Below are positions 25,224 through 35,775 of a stretch of 64,000 bases of DNA, piece after piece (position 1 is the first letter of the stretch; every line of letters starts with the position of its first letter). Source of the stretch: an uncultured delta proteobacterium. Lineage in GTDB: Bacteria > Desulfobacterota > Desulfobacteria > Desulfobacterales > JAFDCJ01. The notes under the pieces were generated by a model, which ran no database searches, was not told the DNA's origin, and saw only the letters and a list, made by a program, of their open reading frames with translations. The DNA lies in NCBI GenBank assembly GCA_963769935.1, contig CAVYNY010000028.1, positions 64,001 through 128,000 on the forward strand, in the 5' to 3' direction. The position numbers and the translations under genes are program-made.

Positions 25224-27140
25224 TCAACTGGCGAAAATATCCAGCGAAAGCGCTCGATTGCGGATGTGCGGCAACACCGTATCCAAAAAGTGCTGATGGG
25301 TCACAGCGTATTGGACATTTCCATCAAGGGTCCTCACCGAGAGCGTGCCGGCCTCTTTTTCCTTGGCGCCGATGGTCAGGATTAAGGGGATATACTGCAA
25401 TTGGGCCTCACGAACTTTTCTGTTAAGGCTCTCGGTGCGACTGTCGACCTCCACCCGCAGTCCGGCCCTTTTTAAAATATCCCGGATTTCCTCGGAATAG
25501 GACACCAGGTCATCGTTGATCGGCAAAATGACGGTCTGCACCGGTGCCATCCACAATGGGAACTTGCCTGCAAAATGCTCGATCAAAATGCCCAAAAAGC
25601 GCTCGATGGATCCGAATATGGTTCGGTGAATCATAATCGGTCGGTGCTTTTCATTATCTTTGTCGATGTAGTAAAGATCGAATCGCTCGGGCTGAGACAT
25701 GTCCAGCTGGATTGTGCCGCATTGCCAGGTCCGGTTCAAGGCATCTTTAATATGCAGATCGATCTTGGGACCGTAAAAGGCGCCGTCGCCTTCGTTTAAC
25801 ACGTAGGGTTTGCCGTAGGCCTTTAAGGCCGAATCAAGGCCGCTGGTGGCCGTTTCCCACTGTTCATCGGTTCCGATGGATTTTTCCGGCCGGGTGGACA
25901 GCTCCAGATTAAAGCCTAAACCGAAGGCACCGTACATTCTTTCTGCCAGATTCAGGATTGCAATGATTTCGGCTTCAATATGCTCGGCTGTCATGTATAA
26001 ATGGGCATCATCCTGGTGGAAAGCTCTGACACGGAAGAGCCCGGAAAGCACACCGCTCAGCTCGTGCCGGTGCACCAGTCCGACCTCGGCCACCCGCAGC
26101 GGCAAATCCCGATAAGAATGCGGCTTGCTCTTGTAGACCAGCATTCCGCCCGGACAGTTCATCGGCTTGATGGCGTATTCCATTTCGTCAATGACGGAAG
26201 TATACATGTTTTCACGGTAATTTTCCCAGTGCCCGGAACGCTCCCACAAAGCACGATTTAACATAATCGGGGTTTTCGATTCCACATATCCGGCATTGCG
26301 GTGCTCTTGGCGCCAGTACTCGAGCAGCGAATTCCATAACTCCATGCCTTTAGGATGAAAAAACGGCATCCCCGGTGCTTCCTCGTGAAAGCTGAAAAGT
26401 TCAAGCGCCTGGCCGATTTTGCGATGGTTTCTTTTCTTGGCCTCTTCCAAAAACGTCAGGTAGTCCTGCAGTTCCTTTTTGTCGAAAAAAGCCGTTCCAT
26501 AAATCCTCTGGAGCTGGGCTTTGGAGGGATCGGCGCGCCAGTAGGCACCTGAAACCTTGATCAGCTTGATGTTTTTGACAAACCCGGTGTGCGGAACATG
26601 AGGCCCGCGACACAGATCGGTAAATTCACCCTGCTCGTAAAATGAGATCGTGCCTTCTGCCAGAGCTGATATCATTTCCAGCTTGTACGGCTCGTCTTTA
26701 TAAAACTGCAACGCCTCGGATTTTGATACTTCTTTGCGCCGGATCGGCAGTTTTTCTTTGACAATTTTCTTAATTTCAGCTTCGATCTTCGGAAAATCTT
26801 CTTCTGAAACCGGTTGCATATCGATGTCGTAGTAAAATCCATCTTCCACGGCCGGGCCGATGGTGAGTTTGGCATCTTGGTATATCCGCAAAATGGCCTG
26901 GGCCATCACATGCGCGGCGCTGTGACGCAAAATATCCAGGGCCTCTTCATCCTTGGAGGTAACCAGTTTTATCTCCGCGTCATGGTCGATGGTGAAGCTA
27001 AGATCCACCAGCTTATCATCCAGTTCCATGGCCACGCAGCTGCGGGCAAGACCATCGGAAATGCTCTGGGCGACATCAAAACCGTTCACCGGGTTTTCAA
27101 AAGACTTTATGTTGCCGTCAGGAAGTGTTATATTTATCAT
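25224..27140 (-). CDS. thrS: Threonine--tRNA ligase
   Basis: TGS domain, RHS.AH, DLCRGPH, KPMNCP, AFYGPKID, QCGTIQLD. Confidence 0.98.
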   Translation of the reverse strand: MINITLPDGNIKSFENPVNGFDVAQSISDGLARSCVAMELDDKLVDLSFTIDHDAEIKLVTSKDEEALDILRHSAAHVMAQAILRIYQDAKLTIGPAVEDGFYYDIDMQPVSEEDFPKIEAEIKKIVKEKLPIRRKEVSKSEALQFYKDEPYKLEMISALAEGTISFYEQGEFTDLCRGPHVPHTGFVKNIKLIKVSGAYWRADPSKAQLQRIYGTAFFDKKELQDYLTFLEEAKKRNHRKIGQALELFSFHEEAPGMPFFHPKGMELWNSLLEYWRQEHRNAGYVESKTPIMLNRALWERSGHWENYRENMYTSVIDEMEYAIKPMNCPGGMLVYKSKPHSYRDLPLRVAEVGLVHRHELSGVLSGLFRVRAFHQDDAHLYMTAEHIEAEIIAILNLAERMYGAFGLGFNLELSTRPEKSIGTDEQWETATSGLDSALKAYGKPYVLNEGDGAFYGPKIDLHIKDALNRTWQCGTIQLDMSQPERFDLYYIDKDNEKHRPIMIHRTIFGSIERFLGILIEHFAGKFPLWMAPVQTVILPINDDLVSYSEEIRDILKRAGLRVEVDSRTESLNRKVREAQLQYIPLILTIGAKEKEAGTLSVRTLDGNVQYAVTHQHFLDTVLPHIRNRALSLDIFAS

Positions 27141-27297
27141 TTCAAACCTGCTTTACAAAAGAAAAGTTGATGGAATCAAGGCGGTGATCAAATTTTTCAT
27201 ATTACTACCATTTCCATAATTCAACAATCAAAGATTTGGCTAAACAGCAAATTGTCAACCAAATTAGGCAAAACAAACGCAGGGGTCAAGGAAAAAA

Positions 27298-28443
27298 ATG
27301 AGAGAAACCGGCGAAGTTCATAAAATTATCGATACCTTCGACGCGCTTGAAAACCTGGTCGAAGCGATCGAAAATGAAAAGACCATCGGCGTTGATCTGG
27401 AGGCGGATTCCATGTACCATTTCAAAGAAAAGGTCTGCCTGATCCAGATAGCCTCCCGCGGCATCAATGTGGTCATCGATCCTCTGATGATACAGGACCT
27501 GTCGCCGCTCAAGCCGTTGTTTAAAAAAATGGAAATTCAAAAAATTTTTCACGGCGCCGACTATGATGTCCGTTCCTTATTTCGAGATTTTCGCATTACC
27601 ATCAACAATCTATTTGATACCGAGCTGGCCAGCCGGTTTCTGGGCTATCCGGAAACCAGCCTGGAGGCGGTTCTTAAAAATAAGTTCAAAGTTACCCTGG
27701 ACAAAAAATACCAGCGCAAGGATTGGTCCAAACGTCCGCTGCCGCAGGAGATGATCTCTTATGCGGCCAAGGATGCACGGTATCTGCTGCCTTTGGCTGA
27801 AAGCCTGTCAACCGAACTCGAAAATAAAAACCGCTTGCGCTGGGTCATGGAAGAGTGCGAATACTTAAGCAAGGTCAGGCCGAACACCAACAATACCGAT
27901 CCGCTGTACTTGCATTTTAAAGGCGCCGGCAAGCTCGACTCTCGGAGCCTGGCTGTGCTCGAGTCTCTGCTGCAGTACCGTCGCAGAATTGCCCAAAAAA
28001 AAGATGTGCCCCTGTTCAGAATTTTCAGCAGCTCAACCCTGCTCGAACTGGCCGAAAAAAAACCGCTGAAGCTAAAGAATCTGGCGAATACCGAAATCTT
28101 GAGTCACCGCCAAATCAGCATGTACGGTAGCAGAATAATTCAGACGATCAATGATGCCATGCAGATTGCGCCGAAAAATCTGCCGGTGTATCCGAGAAAA
28201 AAATCACCCAAAGTGCCGCTGGTGGTGGCCGAACGCGTCAAGATCCTAAAACAGTGGCGCGATGCTCGAGCGGCCGAGCTTGCGGTCGATCCTGCTCTGG
28301 TATGCACCAAATCTCTTATCGGCACGATCGCTCTGCAGAAACCCCGAAAAATATCGGATCTGGCCGCAATTCAAGAATTGAAGAACTGGCAGCGCAAGGA
28401 GTTCGGCCATGAGATCGTGCAGTTGATGAATCAATTGCGATAA
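27298..28443 (+). CDS. rnd: Ribonuclease D (3'-5' exonuclease plus HRDC)
   Basis: VDLEADS, FHGADYD, DWSKRPL..YAAKD, HRDC domains. Confidence 0.88.
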   Translation: MRETGEVHKIIDTFDALENLVEAIENEKTIGVDLEADSMYHFKEKVCLIQIASRGINVVIDPLMIQDLSPLKPLFKKMEIQKIFHGADYDVRSLFRDFRITINNLFDTELASRFLGYPETSLEAVLKNKFKVTLDKKYQRKDWSKRPLPQEMISYAAKDARYLLPLAESLSTELENKNRLRWVMEECEYLSKVRPNTNNTDPLYLHFKGAGKLDSRSLAVLESLLQYRRRIAQKKDVPLFRIFSSSTLLELAEKKPLKLKNLANTEILSHRQISMYGSRIIQTINDAMQIAPKNLPVYPRKKSPKVPLVVAERVKILKQWRDARAAELAVDPALVCTKSLIGTIALQKPRKISDLAAIQELKNWQRKEFGHEIVQLMNQLR

Positions 28444-28536
28444 AAGCCTTGGGGTTATTCTTCGCCCCTTTACGCAGGTCCTATTTCGATTCCGGAATTG
28501 AAAACAAGGATCAGATAGTGGAAGAAGAAATAAGAT

Positions 28537-28840
28537 TTTCATTGGATTCGAATCGGTCACCGGTATTGATTGCTTGAAGCTGATTGTGACAGGCAGCCGG
28601 GATGACATAGCTCCGCCGAATCTGATAGAAAAATCCTACCCCCGATGGAATCCGGAGGCAAACTTTGAAGTAATCGTCGGGGCTGATCATTTTTATGGGG
28701 GCTATAAGGCCAAGCTTGAAGAGATATTGACATCGAATCTAAAAAAATTGGGCCGGCCGCCGGCGGTTGAAAAACGGCCCCAACCAACCACAGCTCAGGT
28801 CTTCCGGCAAAAAACACGTTTCGGAAAGATGGATACATGA
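28537..28840 (+). pseudogene. C-terminal fragment of an alpha/beta hydrolase
   Basis: LIVTGSRDDIAPP (acid) and GADHF (His) present; nucleophile region and start missing. Confidence 0.6.
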
Positions 28841-31266
28841 GGGCAGAGCCAACCATTCAAAAACTGCTGCAGAGGATAAGACAATTGGAAGCAGAACGCA
28901 AGCGTCTGATGAGAAACAGCAGGTCGGATGATGAAAACAGATTGAATTTCTACCAGAACGAAGAAACTCGGCGTCAGAAGTATTTGGAGTCGGTTCTGCA
29001 CAATGCACCGGATGCCGTTGTCACCCTTGACACAGACAATAAAGTCATCGAATGGAACCCGGGTGCCGAAAAAGTATTTGGGTTCAGCCGCGCCGAAGCT
29101 CAAGGCCGTGAACTTGACACGCTCATCTCGGGTCCCGCAAGCGCAGAAGAAGCCCGCCGGTTCACCCACAGCGTCCTTTCGGGTGTTGATTTACCTTCGA
29201 CTGAAACGGTTCGCTATCGGAAAGATGGATCTAAGGTCGATGTGCTGGTAGCTGCATCCCCAATTTACATCGACAGAGAACTGGCGGGTGCTGTGGCACT
29301 ATACACCGATATTTCGGATCGCAAAACTGCGGAAGCGGCCTTGCGGCAGAGTGAGGAGAAATACCGCCTGTTGGTCGAAAACCAGACCGATCTGGTGGTC
29401 AAGGTGGATCTTGACGGCCGGTTTGTGTTTGTGAGCCCGTCTTATTGCACCCTGTTTGACAGGTCCGAACAGGAATTGATCGGACAAAAGTTCATGCCGC
29501 TGGTGCATCCGAAGGACCGCCAAGCTACTTCCCAAATGATGGAAAAGCTCTACCAACCACCCCACAGGGTGCTCCTGGAACAGCGGGCTATGACCAAAGA
29601 CGGCTGGCGCTGGCTTTCCTGGATGCACACCGCCATTTTGGATGAAAACCGGAAGGTGATGGCGATTATCGGCGTCGGCCGGGACATAACCGAACAGAAG
29701 TCGGCCGAAACCGCCCTGCGACAAAGCAGAGAGTTGTTCGATTCATTCATGAAAAATCTGCCGGCCCTGGCGTTCATGAAAGACCGGGACGGCCGCTATA
29801 TCTACTATAACGATGCTTGTGTGAAATTTTTCAATGAATCCATAGATAGCAGACTGGGTAAAACCGATGCGGAGTTGTGGCCGGCGGATATTGCGTCCGA
29901 GCTTTTAAAAAATGACCGCAAAGTCATCCAAGAAGGCAAAATCGTTCGTGTTGTCGAAAAGCTGCGACTGCAGGACAGGATCCAATATAACCTGGTGGTT
30001 AAATTTCCTATTTTGCGTGAGCACAAGCCGCATGTGCTGGCGGGTTTCGCCATCGATATCACTGCCAGAATAAACGCTGAAAAAGAAAGAGAGGCTCTTG
30101 AGGATCAACTGCTGAGAGCCCAGAAGCTGGAGGCCATCGGAACCCTGGCCGGCGGGATCGCCCACGATTTCAACAACATTCTATCGGCAATCTTGGGCTA
30201 CACCGAGCTTGCCCTGGTAAGCCTGGACAACGTTCAACAGCTCAAGGACAATCTGGCCGGTATTCTCAGGGCCGGCAGCCGGGCCAAAGACCTGGTAAAG
30301 CAAATCCTGGCTTTCAGTCGCCAGTCTGAATCGGAAATGAAACCGGTTCAAATAAAACTGATCGTCCAAGAGGTCCAAAAACTCATCCGTGCCTCCCTGC
30401 CTTCAAGCATCGATATCCAGACGCGTCTGGAAAGCGACGCTGCGGTTACGGCCGACCCTGGTCAAATTCACCAGGTTTTAATGAACCTGTGTACAAATGC
30501 AGGCCACGCCATGCGGTCACCCGGCGGTAAACTGGAAATTGTACTCAGCGAGGTGAACATCAGGCCGGAGGCACCGGCCTTGCATCCCGATTTGAAATGC
30601 GGCAATTATCAGAAACTCTCCGTCTGCGATACCGGGCACGGCATCGCGCCCCCTCATCTTGAAAGGATTTTCGATCCTTACTTTACCACCAAAGAGCAAG
30701 GCGAAGGGTCCGGCCTGGGGTTGGCGGTGGTCCAGGGAATCGTCAAGAATCACGGCGGAGTGGTCACGGTTCAGAGCAACCCTGGAAAGGGCACTGAATT
30801 TTGCGTGTATTTGCCCATCGTTGAGATACCCCGGCTGCCGGCCGAGCAGACGACGCCGCAGCAGATTCAAATGGGCAGCGAATCTATACTATTTATTGAT
30901 GATGAAATGACCATCGTCGACATCGCCCAAAACATGCTCCAGCGACTGGGTTACACAACTGTGACCAGATCCAGCAGTGTTGACGCGCTGGAGCTTTTTC
31001 AAAATGCCCCCTACCGTTTTGATCTGGTCATTACCGATGTCACCATGCCCAACATTACCGGCGATGTTCTAGCCAGGCGAATGCGGAAAATACGCAGCGA
31101 TATTCCGATAATAGTGTGCTCCGGCTACAGTGAACGCATCAGTGAAAAGCAAGCCGCCGAGTTGGGGGTGAGTTGTATCCTCAACAAGCCCTTTCTGCTT
31201 AAAGATCTGGCAGCCAGTGTCAGAGCAGCTCTGGATGCCGCCCCCGGAAGCGTGCCGAAAAACTGA
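28837..31266 (+). CDS. Hybrid sensor histidine kinase (3 PAS, HisKA, HATPase, REC)
   Basis: Three PAS/PAC repeats, GGIAHDFNN, NLCTNA, DTGHG, PYFTTK, GLGL, FIDDE..ITD receiver. Confidence 0.93.
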   Translation: MRAEPTIQKLLQRIRQLEAERKRLMRNSRSDDENRLNFYQNEETRRQKYLESVLHNAPDAVVTLDTDNKVIEWNPGAEKVFGFSRAEAQGRELDTLISGPASAEEARRFTHSVLSGVDLPSTETVRYRKDGSKVDVLVAASPIYIDRELAGAVALYTDISDRKTAEAALRQSEEKYRLLVENQTDLVVKVDLDGRFVFVSPSYCTLFDRSEQELIGQKFMPLVHPKDRQATSQMMEKLYQPPHRVLLEQRAMTKDGWRWLSWMHTAILDENRKVMAIIGVGRDITEQKSAETALRQSRELFDSFMKNLPALAFMKDRDGRYIYYNDACVKFFNESIDSRLGKTDAELWPADIASELLKNDRKVIQEGKIVRVVEKLRLQDRIQYNLVVKFPILREHKPHVLAGFAIDITARINAEKEREALEDQLLRAQKLEAIGTLAGGIAHDFNNILSAILGYTELALVSLDNVQQLKDNLAGILRAGSRAKDLVKQILAFSRQSESEMKPVQIKLIVQEVQKLIRASLPSSIDIQTRLESDAAVTADPGQIHQVLMNLCTNAGHAMRSPGGKLEIVLSEVNIRPEAPALHPDLKCGNYQKLSVCDTGHGIAPPHLERIFDPYFTTKEQGEGSGLGLAVVQGIVKNHGGVVTVQSNPGKGTEFCVYLPIVEIPRLPAEQTTPQQIQMGSESILFIDDEMTIVDIAQNMLQRLGYTTVTRSSSVDALELFQNAPYRFDLVITDVTMPNITGDVLARRMRKIRSDIPIIVCSGYSERISEKQAAELGVSCILNKPFLLKDLAASVRAALDAAPGSVPKN

Positions 31267-31592
31267 TACACGCTGATTTTAGTTTCCAGGAAGGCGCTGC
31301 GCTGAGTAATGCCGGCATTGTTGACGAGGATGTCGATACCGCCGTAAAGCCCGATGATCTGCCTGACGGCCAAATTGCATTCACCTTCATCGGCAACGTC
31401 GCATTTGATGCCCACGGCATCCACACCGCCAGCTTTGAGTTTATCCGCCGCAGCGCGCACGCCATCCACGTCCCGATCCAACAACCCGATCCTGGTCCCC
31501 TCCCGGGAGAATCGCCGGCAGACGGCGGCTCCGATTCCACTGGCGGCACCGGTGACGACGAGCACCTTATTTTTCATGCTCTGGGTGGGCAT
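31264..31592 (-). pseudogene. SDR oxidoreductase, 3'-truncated
   Basis: TGAASGIG..DILVNNAG present; homology ends at the kinase stop before any YxxxK. Confidence 0.75.
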
Positions 31593-31659
31593 TTACTCTC
31601 TTGAAACAAATGGTTGGATTTAGCCTGCATAATGAGAATATTATCCAGTATATAGTATA

Positions 31660-32085
31660 GGTTTCAGGTGTCGGGTTTCAGGTTTCAGGTTTCAGCCCGG
31701 TCGCTGGTCGCGGAGCGGCCGGTCTGATCGAAGAGGAAATCCCTCCCAACTCCCTTTTTAGCAAAATGGAGAATCACATTATTATGGCACCTGGGGTGCA
31801 GCTTGGCACATATATCTGTTGTAAAAACACACATAAAATTGCAACCGACTTCAGGCTGACACCTGAAACTTCATATGAAACTTCCTTAAATTCGATGCCA
31901 TTTTTACGAAGTGTCTCACCGCCGAGTGGAGAGATTAATTTAACTTTTTTTTCTCGGCGTTCTCCCACCGGGGCGTAGGCCCTATGGGCCAGAGGCGGCG
32001 GGCTCTGCGGTGAACTATTATGTTTCTTTTTCGATCAGACCGGCCGTTGTTTTGGCCGGCGGCGGCGCTGACACCTGAAACCAAA
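31660..32085. repeat. Dispersed repeat family A (TTTCAGGTGTCAG..GCGGCCRGTCTGATC..GAAACT), inverted copies plus REP-like hairpin
   Basis: Copies at 31715-31740 (+) and 32022-32080 (-); the latter is nearly the reverse complement of 35223-35278. Confidence 0.7.
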
Positions 32086-32096
32086 CTATTTATCAG

Positions 32097-33053
32097 CTAC
32101 CCTGTCGACGATTTTTGTAATTCCGGCTGCACATCCGATGTCAGTGGCTGCCGTGAAAAGATAAAGGCCGCAATCAGCCCGGCGATGATGTGCCAGATTC
32201 CCCACCAGGCTGTAATTATCGCCATCCCGCCAAGACCGTCAAAAAAGTTGAAAACCAGAACCAGACCCAGGCCTGAATTCTGGATGCCTACCTCAATGGA
32301 CACGGCGCGGGTGTCCTGGTCGTCGAGCCGCAGGAGTCGGCCGGACCAGTACCCGATGTTCAGCGCCAGGGCATTGTGAATCAGTACGCCGAAAAATACC
32401 AGGCCCACATAATTGATAAAATTTTGCCAATTGGCAATCAATGCCGCCGCGACAATAGCGATAAAAAATATCAGTGAAAATATTTTAAAGGGCTTTCGGA
32501 CCTTTTCGACCAAAAGGGGAAAATAGCGTGAGACAAGCAATCCGGTAATCAATGGGATGCCGAGGATAATGAAGACATTGATAAAAACGTCGAACGGGCT
32601 GAGGCTGACTTGGCGGAGAATCTTTGCCGTACCCGGGTTGAGGCTTCCCCACAGGGCCAAATTAAAGGGTGTCATGAAGACGGCCACTGCCGTGGATACG
32701 GCGGTCATACTCACCGATACGGCGCAATTGCCTCGGGCCAGGTAGGTGATGATGTTGGAGAGGTTGCCGCCGGGGCAGGCTGCCACCAGGATCATGCCCA
32801 GCGCAATGGACGGCGGCGGCTGCAGGATCAATGTCAACAAAAACGTGAAGGCCGGCAAAAGAATAAACTGCGCCGCCAGACCGATCACCGGCGCTTTGGG
32901 AGCTGCCAATATTCGCCGGAAGTCATCCGGTTTCAGTTCAAGGGCCACACCCAGCATCATCAGGCCGATCGCCGCGTTGATGACAAAAAGCCCCTGGGGG
33001 TTGAAATTAAGCCGCACCTGATCGACCGCTGCAACGTCCATAACCTGTCCCAC
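32097..33053 (-). CDS. Bile acid:sodium symporter (BASS) family transporter
   Basis: AQFILLP, ACPGGNLSN, EVGIQNSGL; multiple TM helices. Confidence 0.9.
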   Translation of the reverse strand: MGQVMDVAAVDQVRLNFNPQGLFVINAAIGLMMLGVALELKPDDFRRILAAPKAPVIGLAAQFILLPAFTFLLTLILQPPPSIALGMILVAACPGGNLSNIITYLARGNCAVSVSMTAVSTAVAVFMTPFNLALWGSLNPGTAKILRQVSLSPFDVFINVFIILGIPLITGLLVSRYFPLLVEKVRKPFKIFSLIFFIAIVAAALIANWQNFINYVGLVFFGVLIHNALALNIGYWSGRLLRLDDQDTRAVSIEVGIQNSGLGLVLVFNFFDGLGGMAIITAWWGIWHIIAGLIAAFIFSRQPLTSDVQPELQKSSTG

Positions 33054-33089
33054 GAGCTACTGAATATTAAAATGCTCAGCCACGGTTAA

Positions 33090-33410
33090 CTGACTGAAGC
33101 TGAGAGGCTGAGAGGATAAGAAGATGGGATGAAAGGGCAAAGTGCATAGCGCATAGGGGCGTGAAGGCTCGAAGCCGGGAAGCTTGGATGCCGGGAGGCG
33201 TTTAAACAAAAGCCAGAGTCATTTTTGCCCTTAGCATTCAAGCTTTCGGGTCTTCCGGCTTCCAAGCCCTCAGCACCATGAAATTTTAACCTTTATCCTT
33301 TCGCCTTTTACCTTTAACCTTCCCTCAATCAACCCGTACCGCGCACCCTGCTCTTGTTTTTTTCCCGCTATGCTCCATGCCCTATGCCTAATCCCTTAAC
33401 CCCGCAACCC
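33090..33410. repeat. Low-complexity short-period repeats with broad dyad symmetry
   Basis: GCATAGC/GCTATGC and GAAGCT/AGCTTT units in opposite orientations. Confidence 0.5.
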
Positions 33411-33412
33411 GC

Positions 33413-35146
33413 TCACATCTCCAGCTTGCCCGTCCGTGCTGCCACCCACAGCCAGTTGCCCGGGGGATCAATGTTGGCCACCGGATCCACCGCCGCATGA
33501 ATAACCGCCGGTTTTCCGGAAGCCTGCGCCCGCTCGAGCGCGGGCCTCATCTGCGAGCCTTTTTCGACATATTCGCCATGGCATCCCATGGCGATGGCCA
33601 GCTGGTCGTATCGAACCGGTGCGTGTTCTTGTCCAAACCAGTCCGCCTGCCGGCCGAACATACGCTGCTGAGCTGTTTTTTCCATTCCGTAAGCCCCGTC
33701 GACTGCAACAATAGTGATGACCGGCAAATTATGGCGCACGGCGGTTTCAAGCTCCTGGAGATTGAAGCCGAAAGCACTGTCACCGGTAACACAGAAAACC
33801 GGGGTTTCCGGCCGCGCAAGTTTGGCACCGATGGCATACGGCAATCCGGTACCCAAATGACCGTAGTTCATTGAATAAATCACCGATCGCTGGGCCCGTG
33901 ACAAATGGTAGTGAATATTCCACAGGGTGGTGTTGCCGCCGTCCATGACAAAAATGGCATCGGCAGGGAAAAAGTCATTGCAGACCTTTAGAATCTGGCC
34001 TGTCAGCATGGGGCAGCGTTCCAGGTCGGCAACGGCCTCGTCGAGTTCCCGCCGCCAATCATTTTGTACCATCCGGAATTCGGTAATTTTTGGATGGGGC
34101 TCACGCTTTGCAGTAAGATCCTTGACGACTTCCAGCAATTGGGCCAGAATTACCCCGGCATCCCCGATGAGCGCGACATCCACCGGCCGATTCAAGCCGA
34201 TGTTCGTGGGTTCGGCATCGATCTGAATCAGGCGCTGCTTTTCCGGCTCGCCCCACATCGGAGGCCTGCCCCACATATTCAATTCGCCGAGTCGTGTTCC
34301 GACAGCCAGGACCACATCCGCCTGGCTGTTGGCCATGATCCTGGACAGGCAGGTTGGGTGGAAACACAATTGGTGTTCATCGGATATGATCCCTCTGGCC
34401 CTGATGGTATTGGTAACGGCACATCCCAGGTGCTCGGCCAATTGCTGCACCTCTTTTCCCGCCCCGGAACGCTCGGCCCCGTTGCCGCAGTGAATATTCA
34501 CCAACTTCGCTTCCACCAGCATTTTTGCAGCGCGACGAACGGCAGCCGGATCATAGCCGGCGGAATCGAGGACGCGGTACCGCTCGGCATTCCAGATTCG
34601 AACGCTGTCCGCCCCGGCTTTCTCATTGAGGATATTTTCGGGAATTAATATGTGAACCGGACCCGGTCGGCCGGACATTGCCACCCGGAAAGCATGGCGC
34701 ACCATATCGGGAATGCGGGTCCAGTGATCGACTTTTCCATTCCATTTTACGGCCGCCTTAAATATATCGAGATGGCGGCTGACCTGCATCCCGCCCTGAT
34801 GAATATAGGAATCCGAAATATCACTGCGGCGGGTCGTGGTGATGGCCACCACCGGACTGCCTTCCGCTTCGGCGCACATCAGCCCGGCAAGCAGATTGGC
34901 GGCCCCGGGGCCGGCGCAGGCCAGCACCACCGCAGGTTCTCCCGTTACCCTGGTGTAGGCATCGCAGGCATGGGCCGCAGCTGCCTCATGACGCGGCACG
35001 ATCAGCCGAATGCCCAGTTCACGGCCAAGACGCTCAATGGCCTCAATGACCATCATGTAGGTGCCGTCTGTAATCCCATGAATAAAGCGTATGCCTTCGG
35101 CATGCAGGCATCTGACTAGAAGCTCACCGCCGGTTATGTCGCCCAT
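33413..35146 (-). CDS. ThDP-binding enzyme (acetolactate synthase / 2-hydroxyacyl-CoA lyase superfamily)
   Basis: RHE..A, GPG..N, GRPGPV, DGGNT, GHLGTG, GDSAFGF ThDP motif. Confidence 0.88.
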   Translation of the reverse strand: MGDITGGELLVRCLHAEGIRFIHGITDGTYMMVIEAIERLGRELGIRLIVPRHEAAAAHACDAYTRVTGEPAVVLACAGPGAANLLAGLMCAEAEGSPVVAITTTRRSDISDSYIHQGGMQVSRHLDIFKAAVKWNGKVDHWTRIPDMVRHAFRVAMSGRPGPVHILIPENILNEKAGADSVRIWNAERYRVLDSAGYDPAAVRRAAKMLVEAKLVNIHCGNGAERSGAGKEVQQLAEHLGCAVTNTIRARGIISDEHQLCFHPTCLSRIMANSQADVVLAVGTRLGELNMWGRPPMWGEPEKQRLIQIDAEPTNIGLNRPVDVALIGDAGVILAQLLEVVKDLTAKREPHPKITEFRMVQNDWRRELDEAVADLERCPMLTGQILKVCNDFFPADAIFVMDGGNTTLWNIHYHLSRAQRSVIYSMNYGHLGTGLPYAIGAKLARPETPVFCVTGDSAFGFNLQELETAVRHNLPVITIVAVDGAYGMEKTAQQRMFGRQADWFGQEHAPVRYDQLAIAMGCHGEYVEKGSQMRPALERAQASGKPAVIHAAVDPVANIDPPGNWLWVAARTGKLEM

Positions 35147-35219
35147 ATTTCTCCCCTGCTGAACACAGTAGATTGGTCAAATCGTCGATTGGCTGACAGG
35201 TTATAAGTCTCTAAAGCTT

Positions 35220-35765
35220 TTTAGGTGTCAGCCCCACCGCCGGCCAAAACAACGGCCGGTCTGATCATAAAAGAAACTTTTGGAAATCGGACACAGTTGG
35301 ATTTAATATCACACCCACTTCGTTAGAGCTCACAGAGACCGCAGAGAACATTTTTCTTTCGCCGCAGGCGCCTGTAAACCCAGACCTCTGTGATCTCTGA
35401 GCGCTCTGTGTGAGATGTAGTTTCATATAAGCGCCGCCTCTGGCCGCGAGCGTCCAGTCTGATCGTGGAAGAAACTAAATGTAGTTTCACACGAGGTGCT
35501 GGCTTGATAGGCGGCCAGTTTGATCAGAAAAAGAGACTAATGAACATCGAGCATCGAACGTCCTATGAAGGTATTCTGTTTATTTTAAAAAAGATTGAGC
35601 AACGCGAAACCAACCTTCGAAATTCGGGTCGCAGATCACGTCTTCAGCGTGATTCGTTATTCTGCTGTTCCGCAGTTCACTGTTCCACACAGGTTAAGTT
35701 TCATATGTGAGTTAGGCCTCGCTTCCGAAAAATGTTTTTGCGTTTTTATTCCTGAAACCTGAAAT
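35220..35765. repeat. Cluster of family A repeats (35223-35278, 35430-35477, 35512-35538) and CACAGAG/CTCTGTG and ACATCGA short repeats
   Basis: Direct comparison with 31660-32085. Confidence 0.65.
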
Positions 35766-35775
35766 CTAATTAATC

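Noticed and set aside
31660..35765. Repeats as a CRISPR array
   Set aside because: No regular repeat-spacer periodicity, mixed orientations, no cas genes
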